Origin: Nitrospiraceae bacterium
Lineage (GTDB): Bacteria; Nitrospirota; Nitrospiria; Nitrospirales; UBA2166
Direction: 5' to 3'
Assembly (NCBI GenBank): GCA_002726235.1
Contig: PBSN01000008.1
Location: 510,635-561,780 of the forward strand
DNA length: 51,146 nt
The translations under genes were made by a program, and so were the position numbers. Below the pieces are notes generated by a model. That model worked only from the letters and a program-made list of their open reading frames with translations. It was not told where the DNA came from and did no database searches. The stretch's first letter is position 1, and the number at the start of each line of letters is the position of its first letter. Below, one piece after another: positions 21,752 through 32,656 of this stretch.

Positions 21752-23214
21752 AAGTCAGACACATATGCTTCCTGCTTCGATTCACGATACTCCTCGTATC
21801 GATTGCGCTTTGCGCTGTAGCCCCGACATTTGCCAACGCTCAAAACCTCTCCGAGCTACTTTCCATCGATCCACGTGAGATGAAATTCGAACCGGTGGAA
21901 TTCACCCCCCCTACACCGGAACGCATTACTCTTGAGAACGGCATGATTGTGTATCTCCTGCCAGATCATGAATTGCCATTGATCAGTATCGATGCTGTGG
22001 TCAAAACTGGAGCCATTTACGAACCAGCCAACAAAGTTGGCCTCGCGGGAATGACCGGCTCCATCATGCGAACTGGAGGTGCAGGAAATCGTACCGGAAA
22101 TGAAATCGACGAAGCACTTGAATTTATCGCTGCCAACATCGGAGTCCATGTTGGATCCGATTCCGGGAGCGCCTCACTAGATGTGTTAAAAAAAGATTTT
22201 GATTTTGCACTCAAGATTTTTGTTGACGTGTTGCGTACCCCGCAATTTGCGCAAGACAAACTCGACCTGGCAAAAAAACGCGCACTCGAGAACATACGCC
22301 GTCGAAATGATCGACCGTCGGGAATTGCCAGTCGGGAGTTCTACAAAGTTCTATATGGAGAAAATCACCCCTACGGTCGTGTCAGCACTGCAAAAGGCAT
22401 CTCAAGCATTACGCGGGAGGACCTCCAAGCATTTCACAAAACATATTTCCATCCCAACAGCATGATGCTCGGTGTGACCGGCGACTTTGAGCGAGAGGAG
22501 ATGCTTGCCACGTTACGCAATACGTTCGGCAATTGGTCAAAATCTGACGTAGACTTCCCCTCCGTTCCCCCGGTAAATCCGGATATCAAAAGATCTGTCA
22601 ACCACGTTGAGAAAGATGTGACCCAAACACATCTTCGCATCGGACATCTATCAATTCGGCAAAATCACTCAGATTACTTTGCATTAGCCCTGCTTGATGA
22701 TATTTTGGGAGCGGGAGGATTCAGTAGCCGCCTATTTCAGGACGTGCGCACACGCCAAGGGCTCGCCTACTCCGTCGGAAGCACTCTGCGAGCGGGAAAT
22801 TTCGATCTCGGTAGTATCCTCCTCTACGCCCAAACCAAAAGTGAAACGACCCATCAAGCGATTGCAAGTATGACAGCACATCTCAAACGCATGCGCGAAA
22901 TGCCTGTGACCTCGGAAGAACTAACGCGGGCAAAAGATGCGTTTTTGAATTCCTTTGTCTTCTCCTTCGCAAATGCAGGAGCGATTGTAAGCCGCCTGAT
23001 GTCATTAGAGTATTACGGCCTTCCCTCTGATTTTCTCGAGCGCTACCGCGCTAACGTCGTGAAACTGACCGAAGATGACCTCCTCAAAGCTGCACAAACA
23101 CACTACCATCCGGATAATCTCACCATCATGGCTGTTGGACAGGCCAGAGCCTTTGAGAAACCGTTGTCTACATTTGGTCCTATTCGAACCATCTCCCTCA
23201 ACAACGAAGAGTGA
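21748..23214 (+). CDS. M16B peptidase partner subunit lacking HxxEH
   Basis: TLENGM, HPYG, FSSRLFQDVRTRQGLAYSV; signal peptide; ATGA overlap with the preceding gene. Confidence 0.92.
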   Translation: MKVRHICFLLRFTILLVSIALCAVAPTFANAQNLSELLSIDPREMKFEPVEFTPPTPERITLENGMIVYLLPDHELPLISIDAVVKTGAIYEPANKVGLAGMTGSIMRTGGAGNRTGNEIDEALEFIAANIGVHVGSDSGSASLDVLKKDFDFALKIFVDVLRTPQFAQDKLDLAKKRALENIRRRNDRPSGIASREFYKVLYGENHPYGRVSTAKGISSITREDLQAFHKTYFHPNSMMLGVTGDFEREEMLATLRNTFGNWSKSDVDFPSVPPVNPDIKRSVNHVEKDVTQTHLRIGHLSIRQNHSDYFALALLDDILGAGGFSSRLFQDVRTRQGLAYSVGSTLRAGNFDLGSILLYAQTKSETTHQAIASMTAHLKRMREMPVTSEELTRAKDAFLNSFVFSFANAGAIVSRLMSLEYYGLPSDFLERYRANVVKLTEDDLLKAAQTHYHPDNLTIMAVGQARAFEKPLSTFGPIRTISLNNEE

Positions 23215-23357
23215 AGAGATGTCGGAAATTGCTCATCCAACAAGGACGCAGCTACTTTGACATACAGGCATCCTGCACAGGAGGTAAACACGACACGGAA
23301 GAGAAAATGCTTCTGGAAGCTTGTTTCAACACCCCTCCATAGAAACGACTTGCGAAT

Positions 23358-23972
23358 TTGAAACTCTTCACCATCGCCGGAGGAAGCTGTTCTGGAAAGT
23401 CCACCCTTGCCAATCAATTATATTCGCTATTCCCCTCACAACACGTCTTTGTCCTCCCCCTTGATCATTATTACGACGACACAGCACACTTCAGTCAGCA
23501 AGAAGCCGCTATAACGAATCTCGATGTGCCGGACGCTATTGACATTGGAATGGTGCTTCGCGATGTCGAAGAAATTTACACCAGGACCATTCAGTTTCTT
23601 CCTCAGTACGATTTCATTACGCGCAAACGAACCTTTCGTCCCTTTCCAGGACAACACCCAGATATCCTCATTCTCGAGGGGTTATTTGCCCTGTACTATG
23701 CGAGCTTAAACACGATGGCAGATTTGCAGATATTCGTCGAAACCTCCCGAGAGGTGATGCTATCCAGAAGAATTGGTCGGGATACTGAGGCAAGAGGGAC
23801 GAGCAAGCAGGAAACGATCGATCGATACGAAAAGTTTGTACGCAATAGCTATGACAACATTATTCTGCCAACTCGTGAACACGCGCAGATAGTCGTCGAT
23901 GGAGAATCTTCAATCACCACTCAACTTGCAGAAATATCGACATTTCTTAGTCGCAAGTCTATAACGACGTGA
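23358..23972 (+). CDS. udk: Uridine kinase family protein
   Basis: IAGGSCSGKST P-loop, LDHYY, NLDVPDAID, ILEGL, RRIGRD..RG; TTG start. Confidence 0.82.
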   Translation: MKLFTIAGGSCSGKSTLANQLYSLFPSQHVFVLPLDHYYDDTAHFSQQEAAITNLDVPDAIDIGMVLRDVEEIYTRTIQFLPQYDFITRKRTFRPFPGQHPDILILEGLFALYYASLNTMADLQIFVETSREVMLSRRIGRDTEARGTSKQETIDRYEKFVRNSYDNIILPTREHAQIVVDGESSITTQLAEISTFLSRKSITT

Positions 23973-23979
23973 GATCGTC

Positions 23980-24231
23980 GTGAAGACGAACTTTCGCACG
24001 ATCGAAATCTATTGCGCAAAATGTCGAATCATTCTTTACAAGTATCACAAGGGAGGAGACGGAGGTTTAGTAAAATGCTTTGTGGAACGCATCGTTGATG
24101 ATCGGACTGCAGGAAATTTAAAATGCCAACAATGCCAAGGCGAGTTTGCACGATTCAAGATGATAGAGAACCGACCAGCTCACAAAATCATTCAAGGGAA
24201 GGTGTTTGTAAAAGGAATGCGCCGCAAGTAA
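23980..24231 (+). CDS. Small putative zinc-ribbon protein
   Basis: CAKC...LYKYHKGGDGGLVKC...CQQC; 7-nt gaps to both neighbours suggest co-transcription. Confidence 0.75.
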   Translation: MKTNFRTIEIYCAKCRIILYKYHKGGDGGLVKCFVERIVDDRTAGNLKCQQCQGEFARFKMIENRPAHKIIQGKVFVKGMRRK

Positions 24232-24238
24232 TGATCAT

Positions 24239-24850
24239 ATGAAAACACATAATGCGAATCTCAAACGCTGTCCATGGGTAGACCTCACGAAGCCAGATTA
24301 CATTGCGTATCACGACAATGAATGGGGGGTTCCTGTCCACAATGATCGGTTGTTGTTTGAATTTCTCACCTTAGAATCGTCTCAAGCAGGGCTTAGTTGG
24401 TATATCGTACTCCACAAACGAGAGAACTACCGCAAAGCATTCGATCAGTTTGACCCGAAAAAAGTCTCCAGATATACCGAACGACGAGTAACGAAACTTC
24501 TCAGCAATCCAGGAATCATCCGCAACCGCCTCAAAGTACTCGCCGCGATTAGCAACGCCAGAAAGTTCCTTGAGACGCAAAAGGAATTTGGATCGTTTAA
24601 TGCCTATGTTTGGAAGTTCGTGAATGGTCAGCCGATCGTGAATCGGCGAAAAACTATGAAGGACTATCCCGTCACAACTCCAGAATCCGATGCTTTGAGC
24701 AAAGATCTTCGCCAACGTGGATTTACATTCGTAGGTTCAACCATCTGTTATGCACATATGCAAGCGACTGGCATGGTCAACGACCATACCATGGACTGTT
24801 TCAGAAGAAAGGAAATCATCGCAGGGTACCAGAAGATCATAAAACACTGA
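24239..24850 (+). CDS. tag: DNA-3-methyladenine glycosylase I
   Basis: RCPW, YHDNEWG, LFEFLTLE..QAGLSW, IIRNRLK, FVGSTICYA.MQATGMVNDH..C. Confidence 0.96.
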   Translation: MKTHNANLKRCPWVDLTKPDYIAYHDNEWGVPVHNDRLLFEFLTLESSQAGLSWYIVLHKRENYRKAFDQFDPKKVSRYTERRVTKLLSNPGIIRNRLKVLAAISNARKFLETQKEFGSFNAYVWKFVNGQPIVNRRKTMKDYPVTTPESDALSKDLRQRGFTFVGSTICYAHMQATGMVNDHTMDCFRRKEIIAGYQKIIKH

Positions 24851-24980
24851 CCCTATCACTCCTGTGCATGTCATTCCGAACACCTCATCCGTTATTAGAG
24901 ATATTTTGCCTCAACTATCCCCTATCGATCAATGTGGAACAGCCTCATTGCTAGCTAGTAAACAGCGAGACTGATGAAAC

Positions 24981-25676
24981 TCACTCCTCCTGTTGAATGG
25001 AGAAACGGACAACCGGGTTCCGCCAGTCACGCTCTTCGGGTTTGAGATCCCCAATGCCATGAATCCCTGTGTGGAGATGGACAAATCCTTCACCTTTCTC
25101 CCTCGATCGGCCTTCCCCATCACAGATCGTCCCTGGGATCGACGTACATCGCTCATCATTGATCTCGCTTCCCGCATCATACGCAGGAACGTCCACGACG
25201 ATCCTTTTATTACTCTTGGGAATCTTTACTCCTTGCACAGCAACAAACCCATCATTAGTTGGATTTATCATTGAGATGAACGAGATCCGATTAAATACTC
25301 CTCCTGATTGCAGCGTCAGGGTGACCGAATCGCCAGGATTTAACAATCCCTCTGCTGACTTGACAACATCCTCCACATCAGATGACCGTATGAATACATC
25401 TGAAAGCAAAGCTGTATTGCCCGCTTCCGCACTGGATTGGAGAGCCTGACTCGCTGGCATTCCCAACTCAAAAAATGTCACCTGTTTGTTATGACTCCAT
25501 ACCAATGGTGCTGAAATGCGTTGTCCCTTGGTAAGATTGGTAATGGTAACAGCATATTTTTGAAGGCCTACCTCTGTTTGAACATACCTAGGTGCCAACA
25601 CTGCTAAAACAATAACGACAAAAACTATTTGGCGAAACAACACAGAACCACGGCTATGCACAATATTTTCTCCCAT
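24981..25676 (-). CDS. Secreted spondin-domain (Spondin_N-like) protein
   Basis: Signal peptide; VTITNLT, AEAGN, SMINPTNDGFV, YDAGSEIN, FVHLHTGIHG. Confidence 0.8.
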   Translation of the reverse strand: MGENIVHSRGSVLFRQIVFVVIVLAVLAPRYVQTEVGLQKYAVTITNLTKGQRISAPLVWSHNKQVTFFELGMPASQALQSSAEAGNTALLSDVFIRSSDVEDVVKSAEGLLNPGDSVTLTLQSGGVFNRISFISMINPTNDGFVAVQGVKIPKSNKRIVVDVPAYDAGSEINDERCTSIPGTICDGEGRSREKGEGFVHLHTGIHGIGDLKPEERDWRNPVVRFSIQQEE

Positions 25677-26022
25677 GAGAGTGCACCTCTCTTATTCCCC
25701 TAGAATATAACGAAGTTACGCTACAAAACTAGTGTAATATTTCACTCTGTGCTTGCTTCTCAAGCCCTTGCAGGATTCGAAAGCCTTTTGCCAGAATTAT
25801 TTCACTAGTGGCCCTCCACACGAATAATTGCTGGATGCATTATGATAGTCAATCAAGTCTCAATGGCTTCCGTCAACCCTAAACGCTACGAAACACACCC
25901 ATATGATGTCGTACTCACAACAACACTCCACGCTTCTTCTCTTTACTCAGGATGACACAAATAATTCGAGGCTCCATAAGTCGTTGTAAACTTACACACA
26001 AAGCAAGCTAGAATAGCTATCA

Positions 26023-28941
26023 TTGAGGTCACGTACTCAATACAGGATGAGAGATCCTATTGCTCCAAAATTAACCCTCTGCCCTGGGTGGAAAGGTGTT
26101 CAGGAATATCTGCTAAACTTCCTCACCAGAACACTCACACGGAGTCCGCTTGCCATCCGCAATATCCTTGTCCTTGTTCCAACCTCTGCGTCAAAACACG
26201 TACTTGAACTTACCTTAGAACACGATCTACTGAAGAACCGTGCCGCGACAATTCTTCCATCCATCTCCACGACCCATGTGTTTCTCGAGGATATGGCAAA
26301 GCGTTCTTTAGGAAAGATCACGATCATTGACCCACTGTTACGCCAGGCTATTTTATTAAAAGCCACTGAGGACGCTACGGAGGCAGGGTTTCCACCTCCG
26401 TTTCTCATTCGCGGCGGATTATTACACCGAATTCTCGCGCTATACGACCATATGTACCTAACAGGTCACAATCTCCAGGTATTTGCTCAACGAGCCTTTG
26501 ATGAATTCAATGTTCAAGATGATATCGGTGCTGAACAAATGGCCCAACAAACACGTTTCCTCGTTGAGAGTTTTACACGGTATCGCACACACCTGACATC
26601 ACTCCACCTAGATGATACCTCCACGTTACATCAATCACTTCTCGAACACGGCGTGAGCAGCCCTTGCTCCCATATTTTCGTTCTAGGCCCAGAGACAGTG
26701 TGTCCAAGCGACCTTGCCTATCTTACGGCAGCACCTGCAGTTGAAACTGTCGAAATTATTGTCCCGACAACCATGGGGGAAATTTCTTCACTGCGCAACT
26801 TGATCAGCAAGAACACGTTGACCATGACTTATCCGAAAATCTCCACTCCACCTCCGATACTTTTTACACCTGAAGAAAATCACGAGAGGGTATTTACTGC
26901 CCGGGACCGCGAAGAAGTTTTGATCTCAATCACTAAACTGCTTAAATTATTCGCGCAAAAAGGGACGTTGCCGGAGATCCACCGTATTGCAGTGGTCGTA
27001 CCAAGCCCACTCCCATATCTCTACCTTGCAAAACAAGTGTTTGAGCAAGCCGGCATTCCCTATCAAATGCAAGATGATTTTCCATTGGCCACTGAGCCAT
27101 ACCTCGCCGCAATTGATCTTGTTTTCGATTTCATTGAACGTACAACGGAGCACTCACCCAGTTTCCAGCTCCTTCGCAACCCGTTTTTTTACTTTCATGG
27201 AATTGACGACACTGCACTTCTTGCCCTGGAATCAGAACTCCAAACACGCAAAAATATTCACGGCACTGAGGCATGGATGCGGATACGCAAAAGCTCAAGA
27301 CGGCAACCCATTCAGCTTTCAATTCCAGCTGTTGGAGCTAAAAACCATTCCTCTTTGCTACTAAGCGTACTAGAGACACTGCACACCATGGAAGAAATGC
27401 TCACGCCATTGGCCAATCCAATCACGTCAATGACAAAAAAGATCAACTGCATTCGAAACTTTCTCAACCGATATGAACGGACACTAGGCTCTCACGACGA
27501 TGGCACCCGTCATAATCGTGCGAAGGGCGCATTGCTGGCCATACTGCAACAACTCGAGAATGTTGAAAGTGTTCTTGGCGAATCACCGGTTGAGTTCCAT
27601 ACCTTCAAAAAAACACTGCACCTTGCTGTCCAATCACATACATTTTCCCGACGCACTGGAGACAACGGCATTCACATTATCGATGCACGATCAGCGACCG
27701 TTGGAGCGTTCGACCTCGTCATTATGGTTGGTTTGAATGAAGGAGAATGGCCTGCTAGAAAAGATCATAATATTTTCTATCCAGAATGGCTTCTTCAAGA
27801 CTTCGGATGGCCATCTGATGCTGAAGCTCTCTACGCAGAACGAGTCGCATTTAAAGAATTGTCACAACTCTCTCGACGTCATGTCGCGGTCTTTCGTCAC
27901 CAGCTTGAGGAAGATGTTCCAACTGTAGCCTCTCTCTTCCTCGATGAAATTGCTGAGATAAGTGCCACCATGCAATACATTTCAGAACAAGACATGACCG
28001 CATATGTTACATCCCGCAATCACGCCTTACGGTTTGGCCTTCTTCAATCTGACCGAATCGTCCCAAAACGACCAACCCCAGGAATACTCGAACACACGGT
28101 TTCAAACCTTGAACCGATTTCTGCCACTGCCTTTGAACGCTATCTCCGTTGCCCCTTCATCTACTATGCCAACGACATCCTCCACGTCAACGAGGAGGAG
28201 GAGATACGCACGGGTCTCAGCCCGCGCCGACAAGGACAAATTGTACATGAGGTTTTAAAAGATGGATTTCAGCAATGGGACACAACAACCACTTTGCCGC
28301 AACCAATTACGGAAGAGAATTATGCCGCAGCTATTTCTATCTTTACGCGAATTGCAAAAGAGAAACTTCCGCGCAGATACCAGAAAATTGAACTGGCCCG
28401 TCTCTTCGGTGGCCCTGGCCACGTTGGTACCATTGAATGGATTCTTCGCCAGGAGATAGCAAGAGAACCGATAGCCAAGCGCTTAGTTGAACATTCTTTT
28501 CGAACAAATCTTCGTCTTGAGCATGGTCCGAATGGCGAATCTCCATGGCATATCGACATCAAAGGCCGTGCAGATCGTGTTGACATCGACCTAGAGAGGG
28601 GAATCCACGTGTTTGACTATAAAACTGGGAAGACTCCAGAATCGAAAATAACATTGCAGGTCTCCCTATATGCCATGTGCCTCGCCCAAGATTTTTCTGC
28701 TGAAACGACCAAAGCTACCTATCTCAGCCTTCGCGATCGCAAAGCCGCCAGTCGAGAGGACTACGAAAAAACAGCGACGCAATTACGCGAGATCTACCTC
28801 CGCATCTCTGAAGGCCATTTTCCTCCACGACCATATCAGAATCATATCTGCACGAGTTGTGGATATATAGGACTCTGCCGCAAAGAAATTACTGAGGCCG
28901 CACTGACGATGGAAATGCAAGACGCCAACACAATGTCATGA
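26023..28941 (+). CDS. AddB-like PD-(D/E)XK nuclease subunit (start may be 26047)
   Basis: Degenerate helicase-like N-terminus, GLNEGEWP, C-terminal GRADRVD...DYKTG...LQVSLY; four Cys (YLRCPF and CTSCGYIGLC) matching the AddB Fe-S staple. Confidence 0.85.
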   Translation: MRSRTQYRMRDPIAPKLTLCPGWKGVQEYLLNFLTRTLTRSPLAIRNILVLVPTSASKHVLELTLEHDLLKNRAATILPSISTTHVFLEDMAKRSLGKITIIDPLLRQAILLKATEDATEAGFPPPFLIRGGLLHRILALYDHMYLTGHNLQVFAQRAFDEFNVQDDIGAEQMAQQTRFLVESFTRYRTHLTSLHLDDTSTLHQSLLEHGVSSPCSHIFVLGPETVCPSDLAYLTAAPAVETVEIIVPTTMGEISSLRNLISKNTLTMTYPKISTPPPILFTPEENHERVFTARDREEVLISITKLLKLFAQKGTLPEIHRIAVVVPSPLPYLYLAKQVFEQAGIPYQMQDDFPLATEPYLAAIDLVFDFIERTTEHSPSFQLLRNPFFYFHGIDDTALLALESELQTRKNIHGTEAWMRIRKSSRRQPIQLSIPAVGAKNHSSLLLSVLETLHTMEEMLTPLANPITSMTKKINCIRNFLNRYERTLGSHDDGTRHNRAKGALLAILQQLENVESVLGESPVEFHTFKKTLHLAVQSHTFSRRTGDNGIHIIDARSATVGAFDLVIMVGLNEGEWPARKDHNIFYPEWLLQDFGWPSDAEALYAERVAFKELSQLSRRHVAVFRHQLEEDVPTVASLFLDEIAEISATMQYISEQDMTAYVTSRNHALRFGLLQSDRIVPKRPTPGILEHTVSNLEPISATAFERYLRCPFIYYANDILHVNEEEEIRTGLSPRRQGQIVHEVLKDGFQQWDTTTTLPQPITEENYAAAISIFTRIAKEKLPRRYQKIELARLFGGPGHVGTIEWILRQEIAREPIAKRLVEHSFRTNLRLEHGPNGESPWHIDIKGRADRVDIDLERGIHVFDYKTGKTPESKITLQVSLYAMCLAQDFSAETTKATYLSLRDRKAASREDYEKTATQLREIYLRISEGHFPPRPYQNHICTSCGYIGLCRKEITEAALTMEMQDANTMS

Positions 28942-31900
28942 TGACCGTGACTCTCCCACAAGACCATCAAGCCAGAGAAAACGCCAGTGACCCTCGGTTT
29001 AATGTCACCTTGGAAGCCTCAGCTGGGACAGGAAAAACACGTGTTCTCGTCGATCGTTATATCCGACTCATTGAGGCGGGAGCAGCACCTCGAAACATCC
29101 TAGCTATTACCTTTACGCGCAAAGCAGCCAGCGAGATGAAGCATCGCATTATCCAAGAATTGCACCGACGAAGCATGTTATGGCAAGAGATTAGGGATCG
29201 ACTGTTCGAGGTACATATCGTCACCATGGATGCCTTTTGCCTTAGCCTGCTCAAAGAGTTTCCACTGGAGGCCAACCTCGAGCCAGACATGGACCTCTTA
29301 AGTGATGTCGAACTTCATCGTCTTCTGGAAGAATCTGTAGAACAGGGTCTAAGCGATCATGGAAACTACCCGACCTCAGATCTCAAGTTTCTTGCTTCCC
29401 GTTTTGGAGAGACGACTCTCCGCCGTGGCATGCGCAACTTTATCCGAAGTCGCCTAGTCATGAGTCCATTGCTTAATCGTTTCGTAAATCAACGAGTACC
29501 CCACACACTTCAACTCAGCCACGTATTGAGAAAGGCGTCAACGGGTCTGCGGAAAGCCATGAGAAACTATCAGTGGGGAACCATGCCAACATCAATACGG
29601 CGTATCATGGGCTCCAATCCAGTCACACCGTTCGATCTCGAACAAGTTGCATCATACTTTCTAACCCAAGATGGAAAGTCTCGGAAGAGACTCTCTAGCG
29701 CATGTCGCCAAGCAGATTTCACTACCCGCGCCGAATATGACCAGCACCGCTCGCAGGTTATCGATATTGCACCAGTTGTTGCGGAACACATTCAGCGATG
29801 GCGTCATGATATCAATCTTTATGCGATCCAAGAGATATGGACGCTTTATCAATCGGCCACACGACATTTCATCTCACTTAAGGAGGAACGCGGCGGTCTT
29901 GATTTTTCTGACATCGTTCAGCATGCCGTCACTCTGCTAAAGAAACGAGGAATCTTTTCGCAAAGCCGCTTTCGATTGGAGGCACGCTATCATCATCTCC
30001 TCATCGACGAATTCCAGGATACCAACGAGATGCAATGGTCGCTAATTCAAAGTCTTATCGATTCATGGGGAGAGGGGGAAGGGTTGGTACAAGATACCAT
30101 TGCTAGAGCACAGGCCTCCGGTCGAGGGAAAGGGCTACTTCAAGAACCGAGCATATTCCTCGTTGGAGACCGGAAACAATCCGTCTATGGATGGCGAGAT
30201 GCGCGTGTCGAAGTGATGAATACTGCGACAAAATATCTCATGAACATTCGCCCAAACGGCGGTCGGCAATTACACATCAGGCAGAGTTTTCGAGCTCATG
30301 CTCCCCTGCTTGGATTTCTCAATGACGTGTTTTCTGGAGTCCCAAAAGAAAGCGAAGACGTGAGCTGGGCCTTCCGATACCGCAAGAGTGACCATTTTCC
30401 AATTCTTAAGTCTGACAACCATGATCATGCAGTTGGACTCGCCATCGCCCCAACGCGAACTCATGCCGCAGCGGCTGTCGGCGACGAAATTGTTCGTTTA
30501 CTACAGGAGAACAACTACCAATTGAAAGACATTGCCATCTGTTTTCGAAGTCGTACCCACTATCGCATCTACGAAGACGCGTTAGTCCAACGCGGAGTCC
30601 CGACCTATGTCTATCGCGGACTTGGGTTTTACGATTCACCAGAGGTCCGTGATATTCAGGCTATCATACGCTATCTTGCTAATCCAATTTCCGAACTTTG
30701 CGCGGCCGAAGTCCTGCGTTCACGTTTTATTGGATTCTCGGATACGGGTCTGTCACTCATCACAAAGGACCACCGAAAACGTGTCACGGCAACCCCATTG
30801 ATCCAGCTTCTGAAACACGCCATCCCACAAGAACAGCTACCACGTACAATCTCTCCCGAAGATCAAGCTATCATAACTAACATCCTTCCCAAAGTTCCAA
30901 AGTGGCTCGACATTGCCGACCGAATTCCACCATCAGACCTCTTGCAACGCATCATTGAAGAGACCGACTACGCCGCATGTTTTAGCGGCCGTAACGGCAT
31001 TCAAGGATGGGAAAATCTTAAAAAAGTGCTAGAGCGCATACGGCGTGCTCAAAACCGCGGCTATATGACCTTTGCTCGTCTCACGGAATATGTTGACCAC
31101 GCCTCCGCAGGCGAAGAGTCCCTCGCAACACTTGAAGCCATAGATGCGGTCAGTCTCATGACTATCCATGCTTCAAAAGGCTTGGAGTTCAAAGCCGTAT
31201 TCGTCGTAAATATGGATCAAACACTCCACGCAGATACTTCGCTCCCACGCATCAAAGAGCATGCCGATGGGAGTATTGATATATATGCAACGGAGAAAGC
31301 CAAGACCAGAAGCCCTGATCGTACACTAGAGGAAGAGAAACGCCTTTTGTATGTCGCGTTCACGCGTGCTAAAAACTATCTCGTTCTCTCCTCACTCGAT
31401 CCAAAACACAACGAACGCCATGCAACATTCAACAATCTCCTTCCGAAAAGCCTTCGAGAACTCCTTCCTGCCGCTACAACGACCGATGCTCCGGAACTGA
31501 CTTGGACACCCGCAGATAACAAGCATCGGTTGCGTGTTGTCCGTGCGATGTCTTCCCCCAGACATTATTACAATACAAAAACGACCCCGGCATATACACT
31601 TGCCATTGAGCCACTACCGCATCAAACTACCTCAAGAGTGACGACAAACCATCAAGTCACAGAGTCGTCTAACGACAACAGGAACAATCAGAACTCGCAA
31701 TCACTTAGTAGAAAAATAGGAAGAACCGTACATCAACTATTTGAATACGCAGTCTCGATAAACGAAAAGTTAGAGCAAATCGCTGACGCACTGCTTTCGA
31801 AGTGCCCTGAACAGACACCAGTTGATCGTAAAAAAACAATCAGGAAGGTTACAAGTTTCTATCGACAGCTTCACTCTCACCAGGAGCTTACTCGACTTCT

Positions 31901-32156
31901 CCAAAATGGGAAGGTCGAACGAGAAGTCCCCTTTGTACTCATTCGAGAAAATCAGAGAATCCGAGGAATCATTGATAGCCTAATTCTTCTGCAAGACCGT
32001 GCCATCGTTATCGACTACAAAACAGGACAACCGTCTGAGAACCATCAACTGCAGATGGGAATCTATCTTGAAGCCACTCGAACACTATTTCCAAAACACG
32101 AGATCGAAGGACTCATCTTTTATCCCGATGGAACACCTCACAGATATTCGTTGTAA
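28938..32156 (+). CDS. AddA-like UvrD/SF1 helicase-nuclease
   Basis: ASAGTGKT, TFTRKAA.EM, DEFQDT, VGDRKQSVY, MTIHASKGLEF, EEKRLLYVAFTRA; C-terminal GIID...DYKTG...Q..IY. Confidence 0.92.
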   Translation: MMTVTLPQDHQARENASDPRFNVTLEASAGTGKTRVLVDRYIRLIEAGAAPRNILAITFTRKAASEMKHRIIQELHRRSMLWQEIRDRLFEVHIVTMDAFCLSLLKEFPLEANLEPDMDLLSDVELHRLLEESVEQGLSDHGNYPTSDLKFLASRFGETTLRRGMRNFIRSRLVMSPLLNRFVNQRVPHTLQLSHVLRKASTGLRKAMRNYQWGTMPTSIRRIMGSNPVTPFDLEQVASYFLTQDGKSRKRLSSACRQADFTTRAEYDQHRSQVIDIAPVVAEHIQRWRHDINLYAIQEIWTLYQSATRHFISLKEERGGLDFSDIVQHAVTLLKKRGIFSQSRFRLEARYHHLLIDEFQDTNEMQWSLIQSLIDSWGEGEGLVQDTIARAQASGRGKGLLQEPSIFLVGDRKQSVYGWRDARVEVMNTATKYLMNIRPNGGRQLHIRQSFRAHAPLLGFLNDVFSGVPKESEDVSWAFRYRKSDHFPILKSDNHDHAVGLAIAPTRTHAAAAVGDEIVRLLQENNYQLKDIAICFRSRTHYRIYEDALVQRGVPTYVYRGLGFYDSPEVRDIQAIIRYLANPISELCAAEVLRSRFIGFSDTGLSLITKDHRKRVTATPLIQLLKHAIPQEQLPRTISPEDQAIITNILPKVPKWLDIADRIPPSDLLQRIIEETDYAACFSGRNGIQGWENLKKVLERIRRAQNRGYMTFARLTEYVDHASAGEESLATLEAIDAVSLMTIHASKGLEFKAVFVVNMDQTLHADTSLPRIKEHADGSIDIYATEKAKTRSPDRTLEEEKRLLYVAFTRAKNYLVLSSLDPKHNERHATFNNLLPKSLRELLPAATTTDAPELTWTPADNKHRLRVVRAMSSPRHYYNTKTTPAYTLAIEPLPHQTTSRVTTNHQVTESSNDNRNNQNSQSLSRKIGRTVHQLFEYAVSINEKLEQIADALLSKCPEQTPVDRKKTIRKVTSFYRQLHSHQELTRLLQNGKVEREVPFVLIRENQRIRGIIDSLILLQDRAIVIDYKTGQPSENHQLQMGIYLEATRTLFPKHEIEGLIFYPDGTPHRYSL

Positions 32157-32173
32157 GACACGTGGAGACACTA

Positions 32174-32656
32174 TCATGGTCTATGCTCAAGCTGTGATAT
32201 GACAAGAACCCCGATATTAAACTGATCGTCGTATCTCAGAATCATGTGAGTATGCGTCCCAACCCACAACACATCGTGAGAAAACCGGCTCTCATCGCGC
32301 CCTGATCCAAAACGAGACGTCAACGCACTCAGCAAGCCATCGTAGTTTTCTCCATCACGATATTTGATTGTTACACGTTTAAACTTGTCCCCTTCAAATG
32401 AATATAGAATTTTCTCAACATTAATATCGCCAAAAGTTAAAGGTTCGTTTGGAAAATAATAAGTTTTTGATCCTGATGGATCATCAGACTCGCCCCACAG
32501 CACAAGACCATCAAATTCTACGACATTCGCATCCCAGGAATATCCTTTAAAGCCATTAGGGTCATTCTCAAATACCCCATCAGCTGCAGGCACTTCTGAT
32601 GGCAGAAGGAACACCGCAAACCCAATGAGAATGTACAGAGTATAAAATCGATTCAT
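32174..32656 (-). CDS. Hypothetical secreted protein
   Basis: Signal peptide from ATG 32656 (MNRFYTLYILIGFAVFLLPSEVPA); NDPNGFKGYSW N-terminal motif. Confidence 0.7.
   Translation of the reverse strand: MNRFYTLYILIGFAVFLLPSEVPAADGVFENDPNGFKGYSWDANVVEFDGLVLWGESDDPSGSKTYYFPNEPLTFGDINVEKILYSFEGDKFKRVTIKYRDGENYDGLLSALTSRFGSGRDESRFSHDVLWVGTHTHMILRYDDQFNIGVLVISQLEHRP

Noticed and set aside
26023..32156. Novel anti-phage helicase-nuclease or Cas4 system
   Set aside because: Gene order, sizes and motifs match ordinary AddB-AddA; no CRISPR repeats or defence neighbours
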